Positions 9,952 to 20,380 of a DNA stretch of 64,000 nt are shown piece after piece (position 1 is the stretch's first letter; each line of letters opens with the position of its first letter). The notes beneath the pieces are model-generated. The model made no database searches. It had not been told where the DNA came from and saw only the letters and a program-made list of their open reading frames with translations. The position numbers and the translations under genes are program-made. Origin of the DNA: Longimicrobiales bacterium (GTDB lineage: Bacteria > Gemmatimonadota > Gemmatimonadetes > Longimicrobiales > Gaopeijiaceae); NCBI GenBank assembly GCA_965249725.1, contig CBDFMQ010000002.1, positions 352,001 through 416,000 of the forward strand, read 5' to 3'.

Positions 9952-11010
9952 TCAGCTCGCGATCACGGCGCCAACGACCGCGGCCTTCCAGATGAGCTGA
10001 ATGCCGCGGGTGTTTCCGTTCTCGATGTGCCGGACGCCGGCCTCGAAGGCCTCCACGGCTCTGTTGAGCAGCTTCTGGAGGTCCTCGTTCGGCTCGAGGG
10101 CCAGGGCGGCCCTTGCAGCCTCGAGCTGCGACTCGGCCAGTTCGATCAGAGCTCTGACCTCGTCATCGGTGACACCGTCGGGACGCACGACCGCCATGAG
10201 CGATACGCTCACTGCCTTATGGCCGAGCATGATGGCCCGTCGGAACTGACCGCTCTGGAACGCCTCGGCCGAGGAGTTGGCCAGGCGCGCGGCGGTGTCG
10301 AGGAGGTGCTGCTGGCGCTCGCTGATCTCGGTACCGTCGAGGAGACGGTTGGCCAACGCGACCGCCTGTGCGGCCATGGCCACCGCGAGCCGCGCGCCCT
10401 TTTCGGGATTGCCGTCGTGGCGCCGAGCACGACTGCGGTCGGCGCGCTCGTGCCCCTCCACAGCCCGTTTTCCGGCCGTCGCGTGGTCGCCACGGTTCAG
10501 CGCCGCCGTCGCATCGCCCAGCAGGCGATCGATATCTCTCGTCAGGTCGTTGGGACGATCGAAGTCGTCGGTTCCGCCAGCGGCCAAACGGCGACGCAGG
10601 TGTCTGAGGCGGTCGATGTAGTTGTCCAGGCTGGAGAGGTCTCGCCCCCGCGAGAGACCTCGACCGAGTGCCTCCCGGGCCTGGTCGCCGAGCGAGCGAA
10701 CTCGCTCGTAGTCACCCCGCGTCAACTCGACGCGGGCCTGATTGAAGAGGCTCTCGGCCGTCGAGATCTCCACGGCCGCCGCCGCCGTCATATTGGCGGT
10801 CATGACGCTGGATACGTCTTCGATGAGGGCAAACGTCAGATCGGGATCGGTGGCCAGGTCGATTTCCACGTCCTCGATCGGAGGCATATTGTCGAAGCCG
10901 GGGTCGCTCGGTGTATCTGTGCACCCGGCCATATGGAGTGCTCCCCACAGGATCACGATCAACATCACGAATCCGGGGGCTCCGCTATTGGAAGCTGGCG
11001 CTCTGTACAT
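9952..11010 (-). CDS. Alpha-helical lipoprotein of unknown function
   Basis: RBS AAGGAGAG, hydrophobic leader, lipobox-like MAGC, Ala/Arg-rich helical repeats. Confidence 0.7.
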   Translation of the reverse strand: MYRAPASNSGAPGFVMLIVILWGALHMAGCTDTPSDPGFDNMPPIEDVEIDLATDPDLTFALIEDVSSVMTANMTAAAAVEISTAESLFNQARVELTRGDYERVRSLGDQAREALGRGLSRGRDLSSLDNYIDRLRHLRRRLAAGGTDDFDRPNDLTRDIDRLLGDATAALNRGDHATAGKRAVEGHERADRSRARRHDGNPEKGARLAVAMAAQAVALANRLLDGTEISERQQHLLDTAARLANSSAEAFQSGQFRRAIMLGHKAVSVSLMAVVRPDGVTDDEVRALIELAESQLEAARAALALEPNEDLQKLLNRAVEAFEAGVRHIENGNTRGIQLIWKAAVVGAVIAS

Positions 11011-11058
11011 GGTTCTCTCCTTGTTGACGAAGCGTGTTTTCGTTTCGAGACTGGGTAC

Positions 11059-11087
11059 TAGACGACGGATCGCCAGGAAGGGTCACA
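11059..11087 (-). promoter_or_regulatory. ECF-type promoter TGTGACC-N16-CGTCTA upstream of the lipoprotein gene
   Basis: Exact repeat of both boxes seen at 9787-9815, with an unrelated 16-nt spacer. Confidence 0.7.
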
Positions 11088-11165
11088 TCGAGTCACGCTC
11101 CGGTTGTGGGGGGGCTCCGAAGCCACCTACTTTCGCACGCCGACCAAAACCTCCGGAGACGACAC

Positions 11166-12512
11166 TTGAGCCATCGCACAGAACCGCTGCTGGGATTCAC
11201 GCGTGAGGCGTTCAGCGCTCGGCGTGAACGAGCCTTGGCGGAACTCGAAGGCTCCGCGCTCGTCTTGCCGGCAGCTCCCTTGCCCCTCAAGTCGCGTGAC
11301 ACCGAACGTCGATATCGGGCGGACAGTGAACTCTTCTACCTCACGGGTGTCGCGGAGCCGGGAGCCTTGGCCGTCCTGCGTCCCGGTGGCGACAACGGAG
11401 ATTTCGTGCTGTTCGTTCGGCCTCGAGACGAGGAAGCCGAGCGTTGGAGCGGAGTACGTCTGGGAGCCGAGGGAGCCCGGGAGGTTTTCAGTCCCGATCA
11501 GGTGTACGACATCGATGAGATGGAGAAGCGGCTGCCGCACCTGTTGGAGGGTGCCGACAAGGTGTACTTCCGCCTCGGCACGGACTCTCGAGCGCAGACC
11601 CTGGTTCTCGAGGCGCTCGCCACCGCCAGGCGTCGGGGTGCTCGGAAGGGTCTGGGGCCCAGATCGATCGTGGATCCCGGAGAGATCCTCGATCCCATGC
11701 GTTTGGTGAAGGACTCGGAAGAGCTGGACCGTATGCGTCTGGCGGCTTCCGTCACCGCCGAGGCGCATCGAGACCTCGCCTCGATGATCAGGCCCGGGGT
11801 GGGGGAATGGGAGATCGAGGCTGCGCTCGACGCCGGATTCAGAAGGCGCGGTGCCTGGGGACCGGCCTATCCGACCATCGTCGGGTCGGGTCCGAACGCT
11901 TGTGTCCTTCACTACGTCTCCAACGACCGTCGGCTAGCGGAGGGTGACCTGGTTCTCGTGGACGCCGGCGCCGAAGTGGACCTTTACGCCGCCGACATCA
12001 CGCGGACCGTACCGACCTCGGGTCGGTTTTCCGCCGCGCAGCGATCGATCTACGAGGTGGTGCTCCGTGCTAACCGGAGAGCGATTCAGTCGGTGTTTCC
12101 GGGGACGACCGTCGCCCAGATCCACCGGGAGGCTCGCGATGAGTTGATCGACGGTCTACTCGAGCTGGACATCCTCGAGGGCGACAGAGGCGCTGTCGTC
12201 GAGGATGAGAGCTACAAACGGTTCTTCCCCCATCAGACCTCGCATTGGCTGGGTCTCGACGTCCACGACGTCGGCGACTTCGCCTCCCGCGGTGAATCCC
12301 GCGTGTTGGAGCCGGGCATGGTCCTTACGATCGAGCCGGGTCTCTACTTCCCGTCAGGATCCGAGAGTTCGCAGGGTCCGGCCGACTTCCTGGACATCGG
12401 GGTCCGCATCGAAGACGACGTTCTGGTCACTGCCGACGGACACGAGGTGCTCACCGGCGCGATGCCTGTGGAAGTAGACGAGATCGAAGATCTCCTGGGA
12501 GGTCAGGGGTGA
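11166..12512 (+). CDS. pepP: Xaa-Pro aminopeptidase (M24B)
   Basis: YRADSELFYLTG, LHY, VDAGAE..LYAADITRT, HWLGLDVHD, TIEPGLY, GVRIEDD. The start (TTG 11166 after GGAG) is uncertain. Confidence 0.9.
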   Translation: MSHRTEPLLGFTREAFSARRERALAELEGSALVLPAAPLPLKSRDTERRYRADSELFYLTGVAEPGALAVLRPGGDNGDFVLFVRPRDEEAERWSGVRLGAEGAREVFSPDQVYDIDEMEKRLPHLLEGADKVYFRLGTDSRAQTLVLEALATARRRGARKGLGPRSIVDPGEILDPMRLVKDSEELDRMRLAASVTAEAHRDLASMIRPGVGEWEIEAALDAGFRRRGAWGPAYPTIVGSGPNACVLHYVSNDRRLAEGDLVLVDAGAEVDLYAADITRTVPTSGRFSAAQRSIYEVVLRANRRAIQSVFPGTTVAQIHREARDELIDGLLELDILEGDRGAVVEDESYKRFFPHQTSHWLGLDVHDVGDFASRGESRVLEPGMVLTIEPGLYFPSGSESSQGPADFLDIGVRIEDDVLVTADGHEVLTGAMPVEVDEIEDLLGGQG

Positions 12513-13357
12513 CCACTCTGGTGGAGATGCTCGCCCGCCCGGGCCCCCTGGTCACGGTGGAGCTCCGCCCCCCCCGCAGTGGGCTGAGTGCCGCCCAGGG
12601 GATGGACGCCTGGATCGATCTCAACCATTCGATCCGGAATCTGGCGCTCAATGACATCGTCGTGTTCCTGACGGACGATGCCGTGGGATCCAGCGAAGAG
12701 GAGAATCTGGCTCACCTGGCCTCGAATGTGGGCTCCGAGGTTCCTCTTTCTCGGCTCGTTCCGTTCCTGACCTGCAAAGACAGCCTCGAGTATTGCCTCA
12801 CATACGCCGATCGGGCTCATTCCTTGGGCTTCGAGGCCATCACCGTGGTCGGAGGCGACGCTTCCGTGGGTCCGCCCCGCTGTGTCCCTCACGCGTATCT
12901 CCTCAGAGAGCAGATCCGAGAGCGCCAACCCACGCTGTCTCTGGGCGGCTGGGCGAATCCGCACCGGGACATCGCCGAACAGGTGGATTATCTGAGCGCC
13001 GACGACGTGTCGGCCGACTTCTACCTCACCCAAGTGGTGTCACACCACAGCGTCGACCGTGTCGCCGCGTTTCTGGAGGAGTGCGACAAGCGGAACGTGA
13101 CGCTTCCCGGGGTTTTCGGGGTTTTCTACTACTGGAGTGCTCAGGCGAGCACACTGGGAATGCTGAAGGACTTCTTTCCCGTCCCCGTGGATGAACTCAC
13201 CCGTGAGTTCGACGCCGGGGCCACGCGCGAGGAGGTGATGGCTCGGACATTGAAGGCACTCCGGGCCGCGGGGGCCGACAAGGTCTACGTCAGCAACCTC
13301 GGCCACCGGAGGGTGCAGAATCGTCTTGCGAGGGTGCTGGAGCGCAGCGGGAGCTAG
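12509..13357 (+). CDS. Methylenetetrahydrofolate reductase-like protein (MetF family, divergent)
   Basis: VELRPP, FLTD, FLTCKD, VVGGD, ANPH and FYLTQ motifs. Adjacent to yitJ and metH. Confidence 0.65.
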   Translation: MTTLVEMLARPGPLVTVELRPPRSGLSAAQGMDAWIDLNHSIRNLALNDIVVFLTDDAVGSSEEENLAHLASNVGSEVPLSRLVPFLTCKDSLEYCLTYADRAHSLGFEAITVVGGDASVGPPRCVPHAYLLREQIRERQPTLSLGGWANPHRDIAEQVDYLSADDVSADFYLTQVVSHHSVDRVAAFLEECDKRNVTLPGVFGVFYYWSAQASTLGMLKDFFPVPVDELTREFDAGATREEVMARTLKALRAAGADKVYVSNLGHRRVQNRLARVLERSGS

Positions 13358-13372
13358 CCGGCCGAGCGGGAC

Positions 13373-15271
13373 CTAACCGGCAGCCTCGGCCCCGGCCAAG
13401 ACGGCTAATGCCGCCTCGAGATGGTCGGACGGTACGCTGACGTGGATGCCGGCGACGACGTCTCGGACCTGCTCTAACACCTCGCCGGCGATCTGGACAC
13501 CTTCGGCCAGAGCAGCCTCGGGGCCCCGCGCATCCGCGTCCTCCATCCGCCGGAGGGTGTCCTCCGGCAGCTCGATCCCGGGCACCTCGTTGTGAAGAAA
13601 CTCCGCTTCACCGAGCGAAGTGAGGGATCGCAGCCCAACCACGACCGGCACGTCGAGATCCGACGCTTCCGTAAGGAAGTCCCGGAGGCGGTGCGGCGCG
13701 AAAAGGGGAGGGGTCACCACGAAATGGGCTCCCGCGTCCGCCTTCCAGCGGAAACGCCCGATCTCCTGGTCCCGATCGACCGCAACCGGGTTCACCCGGA
13801 CGCCGATGACGAAACGTGTGGGGCCGCCGATGCTGCCCCCGCCGGGATCGACGCCACGGTTGAGCCCACGGACCACGTTGGTGAGCCCGATGGAATCGAT
13901 GTCCAACACGGCCGTCGAGTCGGGGTAGGGTCCGGTGGTGGGCGGTCGCCCGGTCACGACCAGGAGGTTGCGGATGCCGCCGGCCGCGGCGCCCAGGAGA
14001 TCACTGATCATGCGGGGCATGTTCCGATCGCGGCATGGATAGTGGACGATGGCCTCGATCCCGACCTGCTGCTGAATGAGTAGCGCAGCGGGCAGGGCGC
14101 TCATGCGGCTGCGGGCGTGCGGGCTGTCCAGAACGTTGACGGAGTCGGCCCCGGCTTCCTGGATCTTCCGACACTGGTCGAGCATGTCGTCCGGATTCCA
14201 ACCCTTGGGCGGGATGATCTCCAGACTGGTGACGAACTCCCCTGCGGTGAGTTTGCGTCCCCACTCGGAGCGCTCCTCCACGGGGATCTCCGCTTGGGCG
14301 TTCGGGGCCTGCTCCACCCGGCCCTCGGCCCTCACCCTGGCCACGGACGCCTGCGTGCTGGCCACCACCGTTCGGATCTTCCTGATATGGTCGGGGCTCG
14401 TACCACAGCACCCACCCACGAATCGCGCTCCTGCGTCGATCATGCGTCGGGCGTACTGAGCCATGTACTCTGGGCTCGCCAGGTAGATCTTGCGGTCGCC
14501 GACTGCGCGCGGAAGGCCGGCATTCGGCTGCGCCGACAGCGGCTGGTCGGTCACCTGCGCCATGCGCTCCAGAGCGTCCAGCATGACGGCCGGCCCCACG
14601 GAGCAGTTCAACCCGATCACATCGGCTCCCCAGTGCACGACCTCCGATGCGACCGCCTCCGGTGACGTGCCGTACGACGTCCGTCCGTCCTCGCCCACGG
14701 TGATCTGACAGAAGACCGGCAGGTCGGAGCTGCTCCGAATGGCCCGGAACGCCTGCTCCAATTCGTTCAGGTCGCTGAAGGTCTCGAGAATGAAGCCGTC
14801 GACGCCCCCCTCTAGTAGGCCGTCCACCTGGCGCTCGTAGAATGCCTGTGCCTCTTCCCGCGAAGTGGGGCCGAACGGCTCGATGCGAATGCCGAGGGGG
14901 CCGATGGCCCCGGCTACTGATGCGTTCCCTGACGCGGCCCGCCGTGCGAGTTCGACTGCGACCCGGTTGATCTCCTCCGTACGGTCGGCAAGGCCGTGGC
15001 TCAAGAGCTTGACCGGATTGGCTCCGAAGGTGTTCGTCTCGATGATCTCTGCCCCCCCGGCCACGTAGTCGCGGTGGATGGCCTCGACGATGTCCGGCCT
15101 CTCGAGGTTGAGCCCGTCGTACGAGACGTTGACGAACACGCCGCGAGCATAGAGTTCGGTTCCCATGGCGCCGTCCATCACGTGGACTCGCCCGTCATCG
15201 ATGAGGGCCCGGAGGGGCCCGTTTCCCTTATCAGATCTGCTAACAGACCCTTGGGTATCCGATCCGCTCAC
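13373..15271 (-). CDS. yitJ: Bifunctional homocysteine S-methyltransferase / methylenetetrahydrofolate reductase
   Basis: [26 protein letters not shown] and GGCCGT, then an MTHFR domain ([26 protein letters not shown]). Confidence 0.88.
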   Translation of the reverse strand: MSGSDTQGSVSRSDKGNGPLRALIDDGRVHVMDGAMGTELYARGVFVNVSYDGLNLERPDIVEAIHRDYVAGGAEIIETNTFGANPVKLLSHGLADRTEEINRVAVELARRAASGNASVAGAIGPLGIRIEPFGPTSREEAQAFYERQVDGLLEGGVDGFILETFSDLNELEQAFRAIRSSSDLPVFCQITVGEDGRTSYGTSPEAVASEVVHWGADVIGLNCSVGPAVMLDALERMAQVTDQPLSAQPNAGLPRAVGDRKIYLASPEYMAQYARRMIDAGARFVGGCCGTSPDHIRKIRTVVASTQASVARVRAEGRVEQAPNAQAEIPVEERSEWGRKLTAGEFVTSLEIIPPKGWNPDDMLDQCRKIQEAGADSVNVLDSPHARSRMSALPAALLIQQQVGIEAIVHYPCRDRNMPRMISDLLGAAAGGIRNLLVVTGRPPTTGPYPDSTAVLDIDSIGLTNVVRGLNRGVDPGGGSIGGPTRFVIGVRVNPVAVDRDQEIGRFRWKADAGAHFVVTPPLFAPHRLRDFLTEASDLDVPVVVGLRSLTSLGEAEFLHNEVPGIELPEDTLRRMEDADARGPEAALAEGVQIAGEVLEQVRDVVAGIHVSVPSDHLEAALAVLAGAEAAG

Positions 15272-18200
15272 GACCCCTCACTCTCCGGGTCGTAGCCCAG
15301 GTTGGGGGACAGCCATCGCTCTGCTTCTTCGACCGTCATGGATGCACGCCGTGCGTAGTCGGCCACCTGATCTCGACCGATGCGTCCGACCCCGAAATAG
15401 TGGGCCTCGGGATGCGCGAAGTACCAACCCGCGACCGACGCACCGGGGTGCATGGCGAAGCTCTCCGTGAGCCGCACGCCGATGCTACGCTCCGCGTCCA
15501 GAAGGGAGAACAGAGTCTGCTTCTGTGTGTGGTCGGGACACGACGGATAGCCCGGGGCCGGCCGGATCCCCACGTACCGTTCGGCGATCAGGTCGTCGTT
15601 GGTCAGGTCCTCCGCATCGTGGTAACCCCACATCTCGGTACGCACGCGCTCGTGCATACGCTCGGCCAACGCTTCGGCCAGGCGATCCGCGAGGACCTTG
15701 GCCATGATGCTTTGGTAGTCGTCCGAGTCCGCTTCGAGGAACCGGCAGAACTTGTCCAACCCCAGGCCTGCCGTGACCACGAACGCTCCGACGTGGTCTT
15801 GGGCTCCCGAGCCCTTCGGAGTGACGAAGTCCGATAGACACACGTTCGGGCGGCCGTTCGTCTTTTCGAATTGCTGGCGCAGCCCGTGGATCGTGGCCCA
15901 CTGGTCGTCGGGGCCCAGGACCTCGATATCGTCTTCGACACTGTGGGCGGGGAACAGTCCCGTGACGGCCGCTGCCCTCAGAAGCCCCTCGTCCATGATC
16001 TGGCTGAGGAGTTGCTGGGCGTCGTAGAACAGGCTCCGTGCCTGCTCCTTGGTCTCCTGCGCGTCGAGCACATCCGGGAAGCGCCCCTTGATCTCCCAAG
16101 CCTGAAACAAGGGCGTCCAGTCGATGTACTTGGCGAGCTCGTCGAGGGGATAGTCGTCGAACACGCGGACCCCCGTTTCGTTCGGAGCCACGGGCCCGTG
16201 CACGCTCCAGTCGACCTCGACCTTGTTCTTCCTCGCTTCCTCAAGCGTGATCAGGCGGGACCGCTCGTTCTTCGACGCGTGGGCTTCCCGCTGCCGGCGG
16301 TGGCCGTTCCGCACCTCCTCCAGAAACGCTTCACGTCCTTCTTCGGCCATTAGTGCCCGGAGCACCGGCACGCACCGGGAGGCGTCGGTCACGTGGACGA
16401 TGGGGCCGTGGTACTTCTCGTCGATGCGGACGGCAGTATGCCTACGCGACGTCGTGGCACCTCCGATCAGGAGCGGTACCTCGAAGTCCAAGCGTTCCAT
16501 CTCCGCCGCCACATGGACCATCTGGTCCAGGGAAGGCGTGATGAGTCCGCTCAAGCCGATCACGTCCGCGTCGTGCTTGCGGGCTTCCTCAAGGATGGTG
16601 GCTGCCGGGACCATCACTCCGAGGTCCACGACCTCGTAGCCATTACACTGCAGGACCACCGAGACGATGTTCTTCCCGATGTCGTGCACGTCGCCCTTTA
16701 CGGTGGCCATGACGACCTTCCCTGCGGAGGACTTCGCCTCGGCCCCACTCGCCTTCTCGGCTTCGACGAAGGGGAACAGATAGGCCACCGCCTTCTTCAT
16801 GACGCGGGCGCTCTTCACGACTTGGGGTAGGAACATCTTCCCGGAACCGAAGAGGTCTCCCACGACGTTCATGCCATCCATGAGCGGGCCTTCGATGACG
16901 TCCAGTGCTCTAGACGACTGGGCTCGCGCCTCTTCCGTGTCCTCCTCGATGTGCTCGGTCACCCCGTGGACCAAGGCGTGCCGGAGTCGATCCTCCACGG
17001 GGTCCGCTCGCCAGGCGTCATTCTTCTCGATGGTCTTCCCGGCGCCGGCGTACTCCTCGGCGAGAGCCGTCATGCGCTCAGTGGCGCCTGGACGCCGGTT
17101 GAAGAGGACATCCTCCACCGCCTCGAGGAGGTCCGGTGGAATGTCGTCGTAGACCGGTAGGGCTCCGGCGTTCACGATGGCCATGTCGAGGCCGGCCTTG
17201 ATCGCGTGATAGAGGAACGCGGAGTGCATCGCTTCTCGTACGCGCGGGCTGCCGCGGAACGAGAACGAGACATTGCTGACGCCGCCGCTCACATGCGTGT
17301 GGGGGAGTCGTGCCTTGATCTGACGCGTGGCATCGATGAAAGCCGTGCCGTACCCGTTGTGCTCTTCGATCCCTGTGCCCACGGCGAAGACGTTGGGATC
17401 GAAGATGATGTCCTCAGGTGGGAATCCGACCTGATCGACGAGGACCTCGTACGCTCGTTCACAGATGGCGACCTTGCGCTCGACCGTGTCCGCCTGGCCC
17501 TGTTCGTCGAACGCCATGACGATGACCGCCGCCCCGTACCGGCGGGCCAGACGAGCCTTTTCAATGAAGGGCTCCTCGCCGTCCTTGAGGCTGATGGAGT
17601 TCACCACGCCTTTGCCTTGAATGCACTTGAGCCCGGCTTCCAGCACTTCCCATCGCGACGAATCGAGAACGAACGGAATGCGGCTCACCGCGGGCTCTGA
17701 ACCCAACAGATTCAGGAAGCGCGTCATGGCAGCCACCGAATCGAGCAGGCCCTCGTCCATGTTCACGTCCAGCATCTGCGCGCCGCTCTGCTCTTGCTGG
17801 CGCGCAACCTCGACGGCTCCTTCATAGTCGTCCGCGGCGATGAGCTCCTGGAAGCGGGCGGAACCCGTCACGTTGGTCCGCTCGCCGATGTTGGCGAAGA
17901 GCGAGTCGGGCCCGAGTGTCAGTGGCTCCAGTCCGCTTAGACGACAGCGCCGCGGGAAGCTCGGGATCTTTCGGGGTGGGACTCCCTCGACCGCTTCGGC
18001 GATGGCTGCAATGTGCTCCGGAACGGTGCCGCAGCAGCCACCAACGATGTTCACCAATCCGGCCTCGGCGAACTCGCGGATGATGGAGGCGGTCATGTCC
18101 GGCGTCTCGTCGTACTCTCCGAACGCATTGGGCAATCCGGCGTTGGGGTGGCAGCTCACCGGCATCTCCGCCACCTGCGAGAGGGCGTCGAGGTGCGGCC

Positions 18201-18981
18201 TGAGCTGCTCGGCGCCCAAGGCGCAGTTCAGACCGACCGAAAAGAGCCCGGCGTGAGAGATGGAGTGGTAAAAGGCCTCAGGTGTCTGGCCAGTCAGGGT
18301 GCGGCCGCTCGCGTCGGTGATCGTGCCCGAGACCATGATCGGGACTCGCTCACGCCTCTCGTCGAAGAGGCCGAGGATCGCGAACAGGGCCGCCTTGGCG
18401 TTCAGGGTGTCGAAGATGGTCTCGACCATGAGCACGTCCGCACCCCCGTCGAGAAGCCCACACGCCTGCTCTCTGTACGCCGCCGCGAGTTGGTCGAAGG
18501 TCACGGCCCGAAACGCCGGGTTCTCCACGTCGGGAGAGATGGAAGCCGTCCGGTTCGTGGGCCCCATGCTGCCACACACGAACCGGGGCCTGTCGGGTGT
18601 ACGCCTGGTGGCCTCGTCGGCGGACCGCCGGGCCACGGAGGCGGCGGCGACGTTGACGCGGTAGGCTTCGGCCTCGAGCTCGTAGTCGGCCAACGAGACG
18701 GCTTGGGCGTTGAACGTGTTCGTCTCGATGATGTCCGAGCCCGCATCTAGATACGCCTTGTGGATCTCGTAGATCGTATCGGGCTGGGTCACCGAGAGGA
18801 GGTCGTTGGCCCCGACCAAGGGGATGTTGTGATCCGGATAGGCGTCGCCCCGGAAGTCCTCTTCCGACAGCCGGTAGCTCTGGATCATGGTGCCCATGGC
18901 GCCATCGAGAACCAGAATGCGGCTTGCCAGGGCCCCCTGGAGGGCCTGGGCACGTTCGGAGCTTGAGGTTGGGCCACTCAT
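15268..18981 (-). CDS. metH: B12-dependent methionine synthase
   Basis: [39 protein letters not shown], cobalamin motif DVHDIG..SGL, RPAPGYP. Likely ATG at 18981. Confidence 0.97.
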   Translation of the reverse strand: MSGPTSSSERAQALQGALASRILVLDGAMGTMIQSYRLSEEDFRGDAYPDHNIPLVGANDLLSVTQPDTIYEIHKAYLDAGSDIIETNTFNAQAVSLADYELEAEAYRVNVAAASVARRSADEATRRTPDRPRFVCGSMGPTNRTASISPDVENPAFRAVTFDQLAAAYREQACGLLDGGADVLMVETIFDTLNAKAALFAILGLFDERRERVPIMVSGTITDASGRTLTGQTPEAFYHSISHAGLFSVGLNCALGAEQLRPHLDALSQVAEMPVSCHPNAGLPNAFGEYDETPDMTASIIREFAEAGLVNIVGGCCGTVPEHIAAIAEAVEGVPPRKIPSFPRRCRLSGLEPLTLGPDSLFANIGERTNVTGSARFQELIAADDYEGAVEVARQQEQSGAQMLDVNMDEGLLDSVAAMTRFLNLLGSEPAVSRIPFVLDSSRWEVLEAGLKCIQGKGVVNSISLKDGEEPFIEKARLARRYGAAVIVMAFDEQGQADTVERKVAICERAYEVLVDQVGFPPEDIIFDPNVFAVGTGIEEHNGYGTAFIDATRQIKARLPHTHVSGGVSNVSFSFRGSPRVREAMHSAFLYHAIKAGLDMAIVNAGALPVYDDIPPDLLEAVEDVLFNRRPGATERMTALAEEYAGAGKTIEKNDAWRADPVEDRLRHALVHGVTEHIEEDTEEARAQSSRALDVIEGPLMDGMNVVGDLFGSGKMFLPQVVKSARVMKKAVAYLFPFVEAEKASGAEAKSSAGKVVMATVKGDVHDIGKNIVSVVLQCNGYEVVDLGVMVPAATILEEARKHDADVIGLSGLITPSLDQMVHVAAEMERLDFEVPLLIGGATTSRRHTAVRIDEKYHGPIVHVTDASRCVPVLRALMAEEGREAFLEEVRNGHRRQREAHASKNERSRLITLEEARKNKVEVDWSVHGPVAPNETGVRVFDDYPLDELAKYIDWTPLFQAWEIKGRFPDVLDAQETKEQARSLFYDAQQLLSQIMDEGLLRAAAVTGLFPAHSVEDDIEVLGPDDQWATIHGLRQQFEKTNGRPNVCLSDFVTPKGSGAQDHVGAFVVTAGLGLDKFCRFLEADSDDYQSIMAKVLADRLAEALAERMHERVRTEMWGYHDAEDLTNDDLIAERYVGIRPAPGYPSCPDHTQKQTLFSLLDAERSIGVRLTESFAMHPGASVAGWYFAHPEAHYFGVGRIGRDQVADYARRASMTVEEAERWLSPNLGYDPESEGS

Positions 18982-19214
18982 CGGAATCGTCTCACGCCTC
19001 CCATATCGGTGCTCGGAAGGGGATCCGAAAATCAAAACCTCGTCGCAAACCGACAGCGCCGAGGTCTGGCTTTTTAGCGGTTTTGTGTCGGGCCGCAATA
19101 CGCCTCAAATTACCCCGTCCGAATTGTGCTCAAAAACTAGTGCCGTACCTCCAGAAATTCTAGGCCGGTCGCTCGTACACCTAGGGATTCAGCCAGTACA
19201 TCATCCGAGTCCCG

Positions 19215-19369
19215 GTCGTCGCGAATTCGCGGCGACGACATCCACCTTGCCGACAGCTCAGAGCACCGTCTCGGGCAGTCGCACTAGATTGGACGGTGCG
19301 ACGGCCGGTTTGGTTGCGAGCAACTCCACTTAGGCTGTGAGTCGCTCCACCCTCAATACGCTCATGTCG
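19215..19369 (-). ncRNA. Candidate SAM-clan (SAM-I/IV-like) riboswitch or other structured leader of metH
   Basis: On the minus strand: CGACAU-GAG ... GAGCGACUC/GAGUUGCUC stem, GCAACC...GGUGC, closing AUGUCG, then a GUCGUCGC/GCGACGAC hairpin. Spacing is atypical. Confidence 0.35.
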
Positions 19370-19410
19370 AGAGTGTGGTTTCAGGAGGATGTTCGATTTG
19401 ACGAAACTCG

Positions 19411-19443
19411 TGGAATACCCGCTGGAGTACCCGCTGGAGTCCC
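19411..19443. repeat. 12-bp tandem direct repeat (about 2.7 copies)
   Basis: tggaatacccgc tggagtacccgc tggagtccc, in the metH/dapF divergent region. Confidence 0.8.
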
Positions 19444-19462
19444 AGGGCGGGACCTCGGGTTG

Positions 19463-20380
19463 ATGCGCATCAGCGGCGACCCTCTTCAGGCGACGTCCGG
19501 GTTCTTCAAGGGACACGGACTCGGCAACGACTACATCGTGTTCGAGGGTGGGGACGACTGGATGATGCGGCCCGAGAGCATCGAGGCCGTGTGTGACCGT
19601 TGGAGGGGACCCGGGAGCGACGGCATCGTTGTCCTCCTGGACCGGAACGGCCCTCCTTTTCGCCTTCGCATGTTCAACCCGGACGGGTCGGAGTTCGAGC
19701 GAAGTGGCAATGGGCTGCGCATCCTCGCCTCCTACCTGGCGGCGGAGGGGCTCGTGGGGGCGGAGCCTTTCGATGTCGAGGTGGGGGGCGACACGGTGGG
19801 TCTGCACGTGCTCGCGCGGCAGGGGAGGGGGGTCTACGACGTTTCCGTCGGAATGGGACGCATCGGATACGGCCCCGAGGCCGTCGGTCTCGACCCAGCG
19901 GCTCTCGACCCGGACGGCCGGATCGACCTCGGTCCGGCCGGGACCCCCGTGCTCGAGCTGATCTCGGTGGGGAACCCACACGCGGTGATTTTTCCCGAAG
20001 TCTGGGCTCCCGAAACGCTCGAGCAAGTCGGGCCGCTCATCTCGACGCATAAGGCGTTTGCTTCAGGGACCAACGTGCAGATGGCCCGCGTGTTAGGCCC
20101 TTGGTTGGTCGAGGCGCGCATCTGGGAGCGAGGGGTGGGCCCCACCTCGGCGTCGGGCACGTCTTCCTGCGCCGTCGCCGCGGCCGTGGTGAGATCGGGC
20201 CGGGGCGACCCGGGGGCTTACGAGGTGCGGATGGAGGGCGGCAGCCTACACGTGACGGTGACCGCAGAGTCGGACGTTACGCTCAGGGGACCCGTGCAGG
20301 AGATCTACCGGGGAAGCCTCACACCCGGGTTTCTCAAGAGACTTGAGGTACTCAAGGGACTTACGTCCGCACCCGCTTGA
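19463..20380 (+). CDS. dapF: Diaminopimelate epimerase family, Ser/Ser catalytic variant
   Basis: FFKGHGLGNDY, DG, FNPDGSEFERSGNGLR, VGNPHAV, TNV, IWERGVGPTSASGTSSCA. Confidence 0.85.
   Translation: MRISGDPLQATSGFFKGHGLGNDYIVFEGGDDWMMRPESIEAVCDRWRGPGSDGIVVLLDRNGPPFRLRMFNPDGSEFERSGNGLRILASYLAAEGLVGAEPFDVEVGGDTVGLHVLARQGRGVYDVSVGMGRIGYGPEAVGLDPAALDPDGRIDLGPAGTPVLELISVGNPHAVIFPEVWAPETLEQVGPLISTHKAFASGTNVQMARVLGPWLVEARIWERGVGPTSASGTSSCAVAAAVVRSGRGDPGAYEVRMEGGSLHVTVTAESDVTLRGPVQEIYRGSLTPGFLKRLEVLKGLTSAPA

Noticed and set aside
18982..19098. N-terminal extension of MetH, and similar extensions of ade, dinB, the sigma factor, lptG and TMTC-2 in the ORF track
   Set aside because: Homology starts at downstream ATGs, and the extensions overlap promoters, hairpins or neighbouring genes.
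19330..19365. Leader peptide MSVLRVERLTA upstream of metH
   Set aside because: No Met/Cys enrichment and no clear RBS.
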